A stretch of DNA of 64,000 nt from Raillietiella orientalis (GCA_036172245.1 JAYWIR010000029.1:1922001-1986000); one strand, 5' to 3'; numbered from the stretch's first letter, positions 11,700-27,550 are shown. Notes: generated from the letters alone by a model not told the origin. Program-made: numbers and translations.

Positions 11700-14080
11700 A
11701 AGTTTTGCTTCTACTCTATCTTCCAATCTTCTCCTTATCTACTTCTTATTCTGTGGATTCTCTGCCCCCGTCCTCTATTCCTCTATTGTGTATTCCTCCG
11801 CTTGTTCCATTGCGAGTTCCTCCTCCAGCTGCGGAAGAGGTATCCCGACGTCATCTTGTGGATGTCCCGGTCTGTGGGTCTAATAGATGTCTCCACTACA
11901 TAGTACACAATACCATGAGGCAACCATCACTTGTCGCAACTTCTCCGATAACAGTAGCGGCATTTCAAGGTACTTAATTATGACCTCGTTTTTCGCATCG
12001 CAGGCTCGCAAGGAACCAGCTAGAGGGACCTGATGTCGTCGTCCTAAAAAAGTTTCTGGACGACCTCTCGGTATTTCGGGCTGTCTTAAATACTTCTTGT
12101 CCAAATGGACAAACCACATCTATAATGACAACCCGATGGCCTTTCTTTAGAATATGCAGACGGAAATCCACACCAGGCACCCGCTGAATCGCGGACAATA
12201 CTGCCCATCGTGCTGTTTGCATTGCAGCAGTTCTGATTCTTTCTACAATTGCATCTTGCAGTGCTGTGTACAAGCGAGAAGGCCTCATGCAGTGATTTAT
12301 TATGTGAGGTCGTGTTTCATCCCAAGTATCCCAACGACGGCCTTGACCAAAGGAGTATAGGTTTTGTTGCCGTATAGGTAAGTTTAGGGAAAAATGATGG
12401 TAGGAGATTTGGCATGGCGGATTTCTACTGACTATGTGTGTACATACGCCATGTGCCAAATACTCTAGTATTTCCCACCATATGGCTTGCGGCACGTGCA
12501 GCTGAGTCTGTGGAATGTTATCCGAGGGTGATGACTCATCTGGCAAGAATGTAATGAAAAAATCAGGATGATTACATAAAGATGTGTGGTTGTATGTTCG
12601 AAATGGCAGACCCTGGAGCAGAGGACGAAGTGGGACCGTGTTCGTGAAAGGTCTTGCCCGCTGCTGGAGGTGGTGGGATGTGGCAGAAGTTCTGGGTCCA
12701 CGTTGGACTGTCGGAGGCGGTCGGAGCTGCTATAATGTAAAGAAAGGGTCTTGTTGGTCCTATCCGAGGGTCTCATAAGGGTGATGGATCGAGGGTGAAT
12801 TAGGTCCTACGTCGGTTGCGAGACCTTGGGCGTCTTTGTAATGCATGCAAAAAAAGTGCGAGGCAAAAGTTCAAGGGGACTTTGCATTTTAAATCGGAGA
12901 ATTATTATCAGTCTTTAGATGTTAATAAATGTGTATTTATGCTATGGGAGTAATGATGAAGATGAATAGAATTTAGGAGAAATAGATGGAATTGTCTGCA
13001 TGGAGAAGTTTATGAATGGTCATCAGTTAATGCGTGGAGTACATGAAGTGGGTGTTGTGATTGCTGGAAAGGATACTTTAAGGACAGGTAGCAGAGAATG
13101 GATTGAATTTGCATGCTCATTTGTGTCTGCGTACAGCCTAGTATCTTTGAATTTACCTAGCGAGATGTCAGGTCTAGGACTTGATAGGGCTCATGTTAAG
13201 GCAAGGATAGGGAAGATAAGAGTAGGAGTGTGATATGAGTGGGCGAAACAAAGCAAATCTTGATGTGTGCATGTAATAATAAAAGTTTTAACGGTCGGAT
13301 TCAGAGACAGAGAACGGTGTGGTTTGGACAATGCAAGATGAGGAGCCACGCTGCTTTATCTTTGAGGAAGTCGTTTAGGCAGACCCCAGGTATAGAGTTG
13401 CCGACAGTCGTTGCAATTTGCAACGGATTTGTAGCGCAGAAAATTGAAGAATACATTGGTCCTTCGTTTGCATTCCTAAGTTTTACGTTGTATGCAAGTG
13501 GTTTATGGTGAAGTAGGATGATGGAAATCTGAAGAGTCCATAGTGCTCTTAAGGTGACTATAACATGATTGTCGATACCCGGTGCCCCGAGAAAATGCTT
13601 GCACAGTTGCAATAGATTTGTCAACTTTGTCGTCTAGATATACTCATTGCACACGTATTGTTATTATGAATAATAAAGGCCGCATACAAAACCGTACACA
13701 CCTTTCGAGAACATATCCTGAGCACTGCTAGAGAACCTTACCGTTGCTCCAATGGCAACTTTTTTGCCAGCGTTTTCGATAAGTACCCTTTGCATACGGA
13801 TCTTGGGATATCCCATTTCTTACGACCGTGCCGAGTACTGCGAGGCCGCCGACCCTGGCCTTCCACTCTCACTGTCTACTTTTGGGTAAAACCTCTATGT
13901 TCACTTCCTCGTGCAATGTCCGAACGGACATCCAAACAAAGAAATGGCATCATTGCGAGTGTTTGTTCTCTTGCAGGGTAGCAACCATATGGCAAATCTT
14001 CAAGTCAGCCCTTGAAAAACTGAAATTCTTTTCGTCTGAAATGTTTTGTAACGTGCGAACAAAAGCACACACATGAAGGA
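11700..14080 (-). mobile_element. Decayed, internally deleted RLE-type non-LTR retrotransposon (R2 superfamily, NeSL/Utopia-like)
   Basis: ORF 11974-12546 contains RRWDTWDETRPHIINHC (CCHC knuckle remnant), DAIVERI (RHNAIV.RI) and FRLHILKKGHRVVIIDVVCPF (restriction-like endonuclease). Cys/His-rich remnants occur near 13.3-13.5 kb and no RT domain is visible. Limits are inferred from where the flanking esterase unit breaks and resumes. Confidence 0.75.
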
Positions 14081-14099
14081 AAGAAAGAAAGAAAGAAAA

Positions 14100-14600
14100 A
14101 AGCCATAAATTATTTAAAAGCAATATTAATCTCTAATTCAATTTTTCTAAGATTGCGATCTCAATGGCCAAGTTCAAGATACCAATGAACTGCAATCGTA
14201 CAAGCTTGAAAAAACAGTACAAACTCGTCATATAAATAAGGTCGCAAGGCATCCATCAAAATGGAAGTGCGTCAGATCCACTTTCAAAGGTAAAGACAAC
14301 TGATCAGTGGTTCCAACAAAAGTCGTTGGATGATGCATTTTACAGCAGACGACGGAAATGCAATTCGGTAAAAACTGAATGTCAGCGTGCTTTAGTTTGG
14401 GGGTCAAACAAAACGGGTCTCTATGATCAAATCAGTCAAACTATCTTACAAAGTATTGCATTGGGGGTGCAGTTTATCCACCTTGGAAGAAGCAATGCTA
14501 GTTTCGTATACACTGGGGTAAATAGACGAACCCAATCATAACCAAAAATGGAAAACACTTTCTTCACTCACTCATTCATCAACTTTGTTTATCTGCAATT
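14100..14600 (-). pseudogene. Decayed COesterase unit, proximal part (continues at 11690)
   Basis: VVFTFESGSDA, FHFDGCLATL and VRLQFIGILNLAIEIA match F..GS, YDG..LA and YRLG.LGFL.LG.E.A (~14300-14150). Confidence 0.6.
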
Positions 14601-14619
14601 CCGCAAATGCTAGAGGCGA

Positions 14620-15050
14620 AATTTGGTTAAGAATACTCCCCATTGAACGTCATCATACCCTCTATTTTGACTTTTTAAAATGAACTCCTCAATTGTCATT
14701 TGTTTGTCATTTATGATAAACATATGAAAACTGAGAAGCTTCATTAAGCTTCTGATTAGCACAGTCTGATCAACGCCTTAAGAAGATACAACGAAAGAAT
14801 AAAAATTGCTTTAAAGGCAATAACACTTGCCTCAGTAGGTCTGATACGTCATCTGTTCAAAATACTATTATCAATTCAAAACTGATAATTGTGCACATCA
14901 TCAACCAATAACCATTGCTCAACACATACTCAATAGCAAACACATGGATGAAAACCTTCCCAATTTCTATCTTTTCAAGAATTTGAATCCCACATAAAAC
15001 CATTACTGAACTGTTACTTGGATCCAGAAACTTGAGTATCAATAATTCAT
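14620..15050 (-). pseudogene. Possible C-terminal half of a COesterase unit
   Basis: ORF 14857-15042 YVLSNGYWLMMCTIISF sits at the GD..F.CP...F position. Weak match. Confidence 0.3.
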
Positions 15051-15436
15051 TTTTTTTTAAAATGCAATCTAAAAGTTAAAAATTTCACTTCCTCTTTTAT
15101 TATTACATATTCACTATTAGATAATAATTTATGCACATAATAAATGCGTCATATTTTTATTTCATGAGCAATAAACCATACATAAATGGTTGTTACTCAA
15201 ATTCTAAAATTTCAATGTTTCCATTATTTTTTGATATTTTGTTTTTTGTTTTTTATTCCTTTCAGTAAAATATTCAAAAATAAATATCTTGATGCTTCAA
15301 TCATAAATTCCAAATCATTTTTTTGCCTGAAATAACACAGCCTCCTCAAAACAATGTTCACCTTAATGCAATTAAGGATAGTTATTGCATGCCGGCACAT
15401 GTTAGTGTGAGAAAAAGGAAAACAGGGTTGTGGTTC

Positions 15437-18400
15437 TTATGATAAAGAATGGCGAACAGTCTTCCAAGGTTTTGCATGGGTAGTAGGTTTACCCACCTTT
15501 GACGAATTCCAAGGATCTGTCTTCGTTAATTTGGTAGGATACGATCCATGATCAGGAATTGGCGAATGAGCTCTTTTTTTCCTCTTTGACTCTGATGTTG
15601 CAGCTAAATTATTTAGAAGATCTTTGCTAATCTTCAACTTAAGAGTCCCAGTAGCATTACTGTTAGCCACAGATACTGGTGATAAGACCATGGGATCAAC
15701 TGAGGCATTATCAAGAGATGACTTCAAGTTTATCTTTACTCTAATTCCTGAACCACTTTGATTCACTAAAGACGGGCATGTTTCATTTGTATTTTGACTC
15801 TGATGCTCTGAAGAATCCATATATTTGACGCGATACTTTTCATTTTTATCCTTATGCCGATCCTTTTTTTTGTGTTTTGCCTTTTCTTTATGCCTTTTCT
15901 TATCATCCTCTGCTCCAAAAACGTGGCTGGGTAGATTAACTCCTTCATTGAATCCTGAATTGCATTTTTCAGAAACTGGGGTTTTCAAAGCAATTTTGTC
16001 TGATTGAGTTGGTGTGGGAGGTATATCAGCAAGGGGTGCACTGTTACTTCCAGTTGGTGGCACAATTTTTGAGGATGTGTGGGACCATGCTGGAGAAAAC
16101 GCACTTGTTGTTGCCGGAGGTGATGGCGTTCCAAACAAACTTTTGTATGATGGGAGATTACTGGAAAGGTAACTGGGAGTAATATGTGTAGCACTACCAC
16201 CACATTCAGTGGCAACAGGCACATTGACATTTGCAGATTTGGGTTTGGGTAAAGATTCTGACTTTGTCTGCTTATCTGGTCTTGGCTCTCGATGGGGAGC
16301 ATCCTGGCCTAAAAGTCCTTTACTTAAGGCTTGTTCATTTAAATTATTAGAGATCACTTTTTCTTCTTGAGAGGAATAAAGATTTCCAAATGGCTTGTGC
16401 ATCACAACCTCTTGAGTTCGTGGGCATGAAGCAGCCACACTCCCTTTAGATTGAGATACTTCTGCATTGCTATTTGGCACCTTGCTACCAGGTTTGCAAA
16501 CAGATGTAGCTGTCCGTGACTGGTGGTAATGGTGATGGTGTTTGGTTGGATCATGGGGAATTGAACTTAATGGTTTGGAACTAGTATCATTAAGAGATGG
16601 TGGATTTTTAGTTTCAGGGATGTTTCCTGGGGATAACCTCTTAATCTTTGAATTGCTGGACTGAACATCTTGTCCATTCTGCAGCCGTTCTTGTCGTTCT
16701 CTTTCCAAGCGTTCTTTTTCACGTTTTTCTCTGTACTCTTTGAGATCTACTTTGGTGCGATCAGGTTTTGTTATGGGGCCTTGAGAAACTTGTCGATTCA
16801 CCCCTGCAATGGCTTGTATAAAAACATATATTACAATTGATCATCGCCTAGGAACCCGCCAAAATTTACCTTTCGTTTCGCCATCCGTAACAGAATTATC
16901 ATCGTCAACTTTCATATCTTGACCATAATCACAGTCCAAACTGAAGTGAGCTTGGAGATCACTGGGATGACCACTGCCAACTTTAGTGCTAAATGCCATA
17001 GTTTTCTTTTTAAGCCGTGATGGGCACTTTTCAAATACAGCAAGAAACTCTGATGTCAATTCCTCCAGAAGAGGTAGTGTGACAGTGGAATCCACATACC
17101 ACCACCATTCTTTGCCTTCTCGAGATGGTGGGATCTTAAATAGAAGAAATGGATTACAACATGCATAAAATCGATCATTACATTGACTTACTACCCAATT
17201 AGACCATTTGCAAGCTAGGTGGATACAAACACAAGCCACCACAGTTGGATTGTACTGCAGACACATGGTGGTCAGGTGCAGGCTAGAAGCATCAATCCAT
17301 CAGCCCCCCAACCACTATCAGCTCAAAGTATCACCTGTTGGTAGCCATAAAATAAGATGTCTGGGCAAGATCCTTGCTTGCTGAAATGAAAAGAAAGAAA
17401 ATAACTTATTGATGAAAATCGAGAATTTACTCGTAAAGATCAATCGTAATTACGATGAAAAATTAACTAGATGCTACAAACAAAAAATCAATTGGAAATC
17501 TGCTAGTGCAAGTGCTTGACAAAAACACTGTTTAAAAACTATGCAAAGATTCGACTGAAGACACATTTACTGAGAATTTAAATTTTAACAAACAGAACAG
17601 AACAGGGCTGACCAAGGAACAACGATCTCAACAACTGATAACTTTTTGAACTGAACAAAAATAAATACATGAAGAAAAAAACTGGTCCAAATGAAGTTGT
17701 AACTGGAACAGATTTTGAAAACGTTAAATCTAATGCACATTCAGCAGAAGATGCACTCACTTTTCAATGTTAAAGATTCCTTTTAATATTTAAGATTATT
17801 GTTATTTAAAACTAATCTTAGTTTCTTCAACAGACTGCTTTGACATTAATAACAGAAGATACTTGATAAGCAAACAAGAATAAACACTCAACAGTCTCCT
17901 GATCAAAAATTCGACAATTCTAAGACGAACTCCAAAAAGATCACTCCAGTGACAGACTTACTAATAGGGTAATACAAAATTTTTAATATAAAACACCATC
18001 TGGTTAAAAAATTGCTGTTGATATATCATACAAGTAAACTAGACGTTTTAAAGTAAACAAATTGTGGGCATTCCGCACTACCAAATGCCACACACAAATG
18101 AAACACATTACAGTTTCTTCCACTTTTATTGCCAAGCATATGCAACATATAAGCATGTGTTACAACAGAGTTTGCAGAAAGATAAAAAACGCTTCTAATT
18201 TAACAAGAAAACAAACATTATATGAAACCTATCCTTTTAAATACACAGCATAAAATTTATTTTTTCAGATAATATTTATTTGATCTAATATGAAATTACA
18301 AAATTAGTATCAAAACACGATATGATGTGAACAGATCATGCTAAACAATTTGCTTTACACTTTACTGCTATTATTCAAAAAGCAGGAATCAAATCAAACA

Positions 18401-19773
18401 TATATATGTGTGTTATATACAGTCATACATAACTTAAAGGAATAAATATCTGAATTTTTATGAATTTACTGTTACATCCACCATGTAACATAAATTACAG
18501 AATGAAAAATACAAACAAAATAAATATTCAGTGCATGAACTGATGAATAAAACCTAAACAAGTTACCTTAAATAAAATCATGTTACCTCAATAAACATAA
18601 AACAAGTCAGTAAATACTTTCAAAACTTTTTGGATCTAAATTCGGGTTTTAAACAAAAAACTTAGAGCAATCATTTGTTTTTTACCTTTTACTAACTGAC
18701 AGCATCTCACAATATGTGTGTGAGGATGATCAATAGCAATACAAAATCCTAAGGTTTGTAAAAGTATATTTTCATTGTAAATGAGCTCCTCCATTTTCTC
18801 CTTGAAACTCTGAAACAAAAATAATGAATAATGAACTTTTCATACATCAAGGATACATAACACTTTATATAAAACCGATAACTCCATGAATGTTTACACA
18901 CGTGATTATTTAATCATTACAAATTAGGAATTATGAAAATATAGAAATCTATAAAAGAACTTCAAAATATCAGTTAAATGTGCATCTATTCTAGGGTGTT
19001 GAAATTTTAATCATTAAGAACTTTAAAAAACTGAATAACGAATATTTCAAAAATAGTAAAGTTGGCGAACATCAAACGAGCATATACAATCTGAAGAGAA
19101 GGAACAGCACTATCAAGATTTTAGTATTGTATTTTGATTTTAACTAAAGAATCGTTTTTCTCACTCTATCTCTTTCCGCCTAAAACAAAATTACTTCAAT
19201 TCAAACCTCTGATTCTGTATCTAATGGAGGCTGATCACGATGCAAACACACATTTGCAATCTTAATGACGTGTTCCAGTTTTCTTGGTTGTTCTTCAACC
19301 TTAGCAGCTAAGAATAAAGCACATGCTGCAATAGAGTTTCTATGAAATTTGGTAAACGAATGGAATACATAAAATCTATGGGTATAAACAATAGCAGTAT
19401 TGATACATAGTTGAGTACTAAAGAACATTAAGGAATGACCACTAGAATTTTACAATCAAGCAAGATTTCACGATTCAATTCAAAAGCGTACAATTAGAAA
19501 AATAATTAAAAAAAATTATTTTTGCATCGCAATTCTCTCTATTTACCACTTAAAATTCCACGCAAATTCAATTTTTAAATTATTCAAAAAAGGATACACT
19601 TGAAGCCTTTGGCCCATATCTTGAATAAAATTGGCAGCTTGCTGCCGATATGACAACTCTTTATCTGCATCAATTCCACACTGTCGACTTGGGGAATGTG
19701 ATAACTCTTTTTTAGTAAAATACCATCTTATCTTAGGTTCCTCATGATCCATGTCTGCATTAAGCTTTGACAT
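15437..19773 (-). CDS. CycT: Cyclin T (P-TEFb subunit), 7 coding exons, 759 aa
   Basis: Exons 19773-19598, 19417-19207, 18809-18686, 17380-17335, 17282-17192, 17134-16870 and 16803-15437 join in frame (2280 nt) with GT-AG sites. Motifs [46 protein letters not shown] and [23 protein letters not shown], plus a long low-complexity C-terminus. Confidence 0.96.
17400..18300 (-). pseudogene. Decayed COesterase fragment inside cyclin T intron 3
   Basis: LSLE*S (LALEWV), RIFDQET (TIFGQSA), KAVC*RN (KAI.QSG), then ORF 17578-17760 AECAL..SFGPV..SLFLGQ (CL / FGPV / DLL.G), in order. Confidence 0.45.
19418..19597 (-). other. U12-type (minor spliceosome) GT-AG intron, cyclin T intron 1
   Basis: 5' site GTATCCTTTT. 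Branch site TTCCTTAAT (19435-19427) ends 9 nt before the exon, with no long polypyrimidine tract. Splicing restores [10 protein letters not shown]. Confidence 0.92.
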
Positions 19774-19949
19774 TACTCAACTTCTATTTGCTGCTAACGA
19801 TCACCAGTGAATGCAGGTGTACCAGTATCGGAAGATACGATCCTCACTCGCAAGCAACTTGTAGATTAATAATATCTCATTATTGCGAACGGCGGCTTTA
19901 ACGACTTCTCACATTTGAAAGTCTATCGAAAGTCGCAAAATCTTAATGC

Positions 19950-21300
19950 ATGGATACTTGATTTAATATGTATGTTGCATATTTATTCATATTAGATATA
20001 AAAATACTAATAGATATTCATGTAATTTTACAGCTTAATTTTATAACTGTTTGTTTGCAGCTCCAAACTTGGAATAATTGAATTGTAAATTGACTCTATT
20101 TTGTCTAAAATAGGGAGTCCTTGTTCCTATAATAGGATTGCATTTCAAAACAAAGATCACCATAATCAATATTTGAAGATTAAATTAGTCACTCCAAACG
20201 AAGAAGCATTGGAATTCCATGAAGACATTTACGTATTAGAGAAGGCAGGGTACACAAATTCTTTGAAGGAGAATTAAAATTTTGAAATGATTCTCAAATT
20301 GAAATTTTTCATTCAATTTAACCCTGTGTACTCACACAAATCTAACGTCTTGCTAGTAAGACGAGATTGTATGCATTCATTACAATTACTTAAGCTGTTG
20401 AAAAAGACTGCTCCCGAATTGATAGACCACCAGAAAAAAATTACTTACAAGTAACGCAATAAATGCAGTTTAGGAAGTTTGCAATATATGAATGAGATTT
20501 TTATTCACAGCATATCAAATTAAGTAGGAAGCGTTTCAACTCGGAATTCTTCTCAGTGCTGCAAATCACTGACCTAAATAAACCTCCACAAATGCCCTTC
20601 ATCTTGAGATTTCTACGATTCGGATTTTCAAAATAAATAAAAACTTTAAACTTTATCCTACTAAGATGATCTAAGACTTGATTGATGGATCCCAAGCAAG
20701 AGCAAAACTCTGTCAATCAGTATTAACAATTCAAACTTATATTTGTACCACTTGTTGTTGCTTTCATTTCTTACTTTTCCTTTTCAAAAAGACTTTTAAA
20801 AACTAGTTCAGGTAAGGTGTTTGAGAGAGGTTGTTTTAAATGAAAGTCTTAAAAACAGCCTTGTTAAAGTTGCCTGCATATTCAGAGTTATGAAACCATA
20901 CATGAAAATATTCTCTTCTCACAAAATTAAAAGTTATTCAATTTGCTTGGCTACTGAATTCTTTCAAGATTCTTTATTTCCTTGTTTTGATTTCCAGAAA
21001 ATATGAGAATTAGAATAAGGCTGACTGTAGCATCAATTGTGTACCATAAATCCATTATGAGTATGAATCCGATGCTGAGAGATATTTCATACGAATAGTA
21101 TGTAAAATGTTTTTAAACACTTTTTAACCAATTGAATCTTTCTTAAATTTATTTGAGATTGATTAAATTAGAAACATTAGTCTATTGAAGTCAAAATTGT
21201 ATTCTGATATGTCTGTAAAATCCAAAGAAAAGCTGTGGTTCATCTTTCATTACTATGAATACATTCTCAAGACACATGCTCAAAAGATTCTTTCATATTA
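19950..21300 (-). pseudogene. Decayed COesterase unit
   Basis: ORF 20501-20716 QVLDHL..YFENPNRRNL..GLFRSVICST matches LLDQ / FGGNP.RVT / GLFR.AI..SG. Then VYPAF..SFGVTN at ~20250-20180. Confidence 0.6.
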
Positions 21301-21399
21301 GTCTCCCGTCTTTATAAATGACCATTCAGTGCCTTTGAAACATGCCACGTACTGAACTTTTGAGTGTATGTTTCATGACTAAGCTGATTTTCAAGTTCC

Positions 21400-22950
21400 T
21401 TTTTCCTGAAAGAGCTCGCAGTAAATATGAAAAGTGCTAATTGTGGTTTATTGCTTCTTACAAGATTGCATCAGTAAGAACGCAAGTGCATTCTCTTTGA
21501 AGACTCGGCTATTGCTCTCGTGGTGCATCAAAGCCACATTTTCCCAACATCCTCTTTTTTTTGAGAATGACAAACGTATGATAAGGGGCATACAGTGGAT
21601 GTTCCATTTTTAACGAATAAATTTAGATAATTAATAAAGAGTATTTCATGCAACCAATTGGCTAAACTCTAAAAGGAGGGTCAGTGAATAGCGATGATGA
21701 ATTGCTAATTGCAATAATGAGGATTTCGACCAGCCGGTAAAGTAAGAAAAATGTAGAAATTGCTTTCTTCGAAAGATGGCTTTGCCCCTATGTGCGTGGG
21801 ACCTTCTTTGCATTCTAAATTCAATTCAACAAACATGTGCAATACTATACACTGTGTAAACATTATAGTAATAATGGAAGTCATCATCGTCATACTTTAC
21901 GATTTCTTTGCCGACCTTTTTAGACTTGGCTTTAAAGGCTTTTACGAAAGAAGGGGAAAGAATCTTTTAACCCCCTCCCCCGAAAATTATAGGGGCAGAG
22001 CAAATTTTCCATCTTGTGTAAGAAAAGGTTTTCTATTTATTCATCTCGACAATACTTTGAAGGCCTCCATCAATACGAAATGTAGAAATATAAAACCTAC
22101 TGCCAAAAATTTTGCATTTTTGTCTCCTAAAAATTGTGAAATGCAGATGGTCTCGGTCATTCATCATCATCGGCAAGTAATGGAACTTGCTACAAAAGTT
22201 GCTGAAACGAATCTTATTGTCGTGAATGATGGATTTTTGAAAGAATGCAAGCTTTTTACTTAGCAAGTGGTGAACGAAGATAGTGGGCAGCTGGGCAAAC
22301 AGGCCTGGATTACAGGATATGATCTGATGTGCAAAATCAATCAATGCGTGGAAAACATGTGCATATTCCACATCACTAGCGAAAGGCCATTAACTGGAGA
22401 TGCGATGTTCAAATATCCCCCCCTCCCCGATGCTACTCTTCATCGCACAACTGAATGGATACGATTTCAAACAGGCAGAGATTTTCTGAAGAACGTGCAC
22501 GCCATTTTTTGACGGGTTTTCTCTGTCGTTGGATAACCACCTCTTCTCGTCTGACCAGACAAGCAGTCAAATAAAATTTCTACAGATGAAGTGATGCTAA
22601 AGGAGTCGCTCTTTTGAAGACCGTCCCCTGCTCGTGGACGTTGGCAGAATCCACCGGGATCACCACATTCCGAGTTTTCTGAAGGGACGAGTGCTGTACG
22701 TGTGCTCTAACGTACGTCAGGTTTCCCGATACAGCTTCAGAAACTGCAAATCAAATATTTGCATTTTTATTTGGTAGATCGGAAGTGGATGAGGGTATAG
22801 CTCCAGTATCCAGTAACCAATGAATCTGGGAACTTTCCTTAAGCTGGAACAACCTGGAAACCCGAGGCCAGAAAATGTATCGCTCGGGCACAAAGTTGGT
22901 GCGCTTTTGGAGTTCTTCCTGGGACTTCCCAAAAGCAGTTTCCGTAATTA
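21400..22950 (-). pseudogene. Decayed COesterase unit
   Basis: TFSGLGFP (~22880), TRRGGY (~22540), ORF 22033-22371 FVHHLLSKKLAFFQKSIIH (H.LS...LFQKAI), and LECKEG (~21810). Confidence 0.55.
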
Positions 22951-23099
22951 TTACAGGGCAGTGTGAACGAGCGTTCTGTCAAGAGATGCTTCGTGTAAAT
23001 CGTACAGACACTAGCACCCGCCTTTCGGATTAAAATTGCAAATGCGAAATTCCACATTCCGAATCCCGAATTTGCCAAGGCCAACTAACATCGGTGTAC

Positions 23100-24200
23100 T
23101 GTGGCAAAACTAAACCCTAATCGTGTTCACGCTCCCTCTGAAAAAAAATTAGCAGCTCTGCGTTGGGAGCAACACGAACACACTTTCACGCACGTTTACT
23201 GCGAAATCCACAATCCCATGTTGCAATCAATAAGTTTTGAACATGAAAACGATAATTCCTTAGAATTCATACTATACGAATCGTAATTACAATTAGTTTG
23301 GGGACAATAAGGTTCGCATTTGAATTCTTCAAGAAACACTTATATTTCCAAATGTGCTGGGAGATATTTGGTTGTGGTCTTATGTTTTTCTGCAATACAT
23401 CAAAACATTGGCATTTTGATTTATGGTATCCTTTACAATCAAGATTGCAAAGATGTTATTGTGTTTGCTTTCGCAAACGAATAAATTTGACAAAATACAA
23501 AAAATGCTGCCTTTTTCTTATAGAAAAATAAATGTACTCTTTTGCAAACTCATAAACTGCAACAACATACATACATTCAAAGTTATTCATATACAGCTAA
23601 AATGGATACAAATATACAATGGTTTATCATTAAATTACAGCACAATGGATAAGTGTAGAGAATTCAATCAGAAGTTTAATCACAGGATTCTGTATTCAAT
23701 TAAATGGAGTTTCAATTATTGAACATTGGCATCAATGACTTCCTCCAAACTACGAGTGAATTTCCAACATTAGGATGATATGTAGATCTTACACATTTGG
23801 GATGCTCTACACTAGCCTGATTGTCATGGGGAAGACAAACTGCACAAGCAGCAGCCTTCACATGAAGCAACTATCTTCTGTGATAACGATCACCTGAATG
23901 TCACGACCTGATCATCAATGTTGACATGATTCATGTCATTGGATCAAAGCCTGGATGAAGAGGGAGGCAGGTAGAAAAGGATAAACAGCCACTCCCAGGC
24001 TGGACATCTCCAGGAACAACCTGCAATCAGAAAAGCATCAAAATATCCTCCAATGTACAATGTGTGGTGGTTTATGTCCACCCACCCTGAGGACGGGAAA
24101 ACAGGAAGGTGGAAGCTACTTACAGCTCAGGACATAAACCAGGACATAAACTGGTTCCAGGCGTCGGGGGAAGCCAGGGCAGCAATGAAAAAAAGGCGTA
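23100..24200 (-). pseudogene. Decayed COesterase unit, N-terminal part, just downstream of the mub stop codon
   Basis: FLFSRPQGGW (~24100, LRF..P...W) and SGCLSFSTCLP..IMSTL (~23990-23920, SEDCL.LN.W.P / VMV). Confidence 0.4.
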
Positions 24201-24354
24201 GCGGTGAAGCTTTATTTCCAGTTTTACATGACATGATTAGGTTACGGGCACATGCCCAGGTTGGTCAAAAGGATAACATTTGAAATACATAAGTTCTCTG
24301 ACACTTGCTCTACTTTGGAATTGACTCATCATTGGCATGGGGATAAACAGGAGC

Positions 24355-26576
<2,222 letters not shown>

Positions 26577-26649
26577 CAAATTTAAGAATATGCAGAGCAC
26601 AAAATATCAAATAATTACCTAATAATTAAACACGATTTTAAATAACTGA

Positions 26650-27550
26650 ATCATATGAACGAGACGATCTGTAGAAACCTCAGGCATTCGTGGCAAAACA
26701 TACGCAATAAAAACATTGAATTTACGCGATACAGATACAAAAACAATTCAAACTTTCAAAAAACAAAAATATATATATATACATATATATCTTTCCCATA
26801 AGAATCGCAATAAAGGTGAGTAAATGGGGCGAATAGCATGTTTCGAGAAACGCAGAAAATCTGAAGCCTAAGATTCCAAAAATCAATATCCTCGTCAACG
26901 GAGATTCAAAAGCGACATCTATCCCTAGGACATTTATTTTAGGTTAATTTTTTTTCTTTCTTTCCTTCTTTCTTCCCAACATCTTTCTCCTGTGATTCCG
27001 TTACGATGTGCACCCACAAAACCTACAAATCTGTAAATCTGCCCCAATTTTGTGGATACGATCCACGATTTGCTTGATGCGAATTGAACGATAAAGTAGG
27101 CTTATGCAAACTCGAAGAGTTTTATGCAATGCAACTTCGATGCTTGGAACGTCGTTCAATTCTGATCAAATATCTGCACCACCGATTAACAAAGCAACGA
27201 TCCAGAGAAATATTAAAACCCTACGATTAAATATTAACTCCGTTTTTTACGACTGTATCTCCAAGGCGAACGGGTACAAATCTGTGCATCATAACGCAGG
27301 TTTATGCACAGTCACTAAAAGGCGAATGATCATTGAAAAATGAATTTCGAAGTGTAAGAAAGAAAAAACTTCCTTTGAAGCACACATCCCAAACTTAATT
27401 TATCAAAGATCGGGGGAGATCCTGACCGATTCTGCTTTCTTCGGCACACTATATCATAAAAATACCATCATAAAAATATGTGGGTGCAACCCTTTATTTT
27501 TCCTAGCGTCCAGATAAACAAAACACTCGCAGGGAAAACCTTCTATTATG
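26650..27550 (-). pseudogene. Decayed COesterase unit, N-terminal half, immediately upstream of the mub start codon
   Basis: One frame at ~27225-27100 reads RVLIFLWIVALLIGGADI*..TLRVCI (PVLVWI.GG.F.IGSA / NYRVG). Then SWIVST.LG (~27060) and VAFESP (~26905). Confidence 0.45.

Noticed and set aside
16841..17266. ORF 16841-17266 as a single exon
   Set aside because: It reads through a 57-nt in-frame intron (17135-17191) and past the donor at 16869, so it is part of cyclin T.
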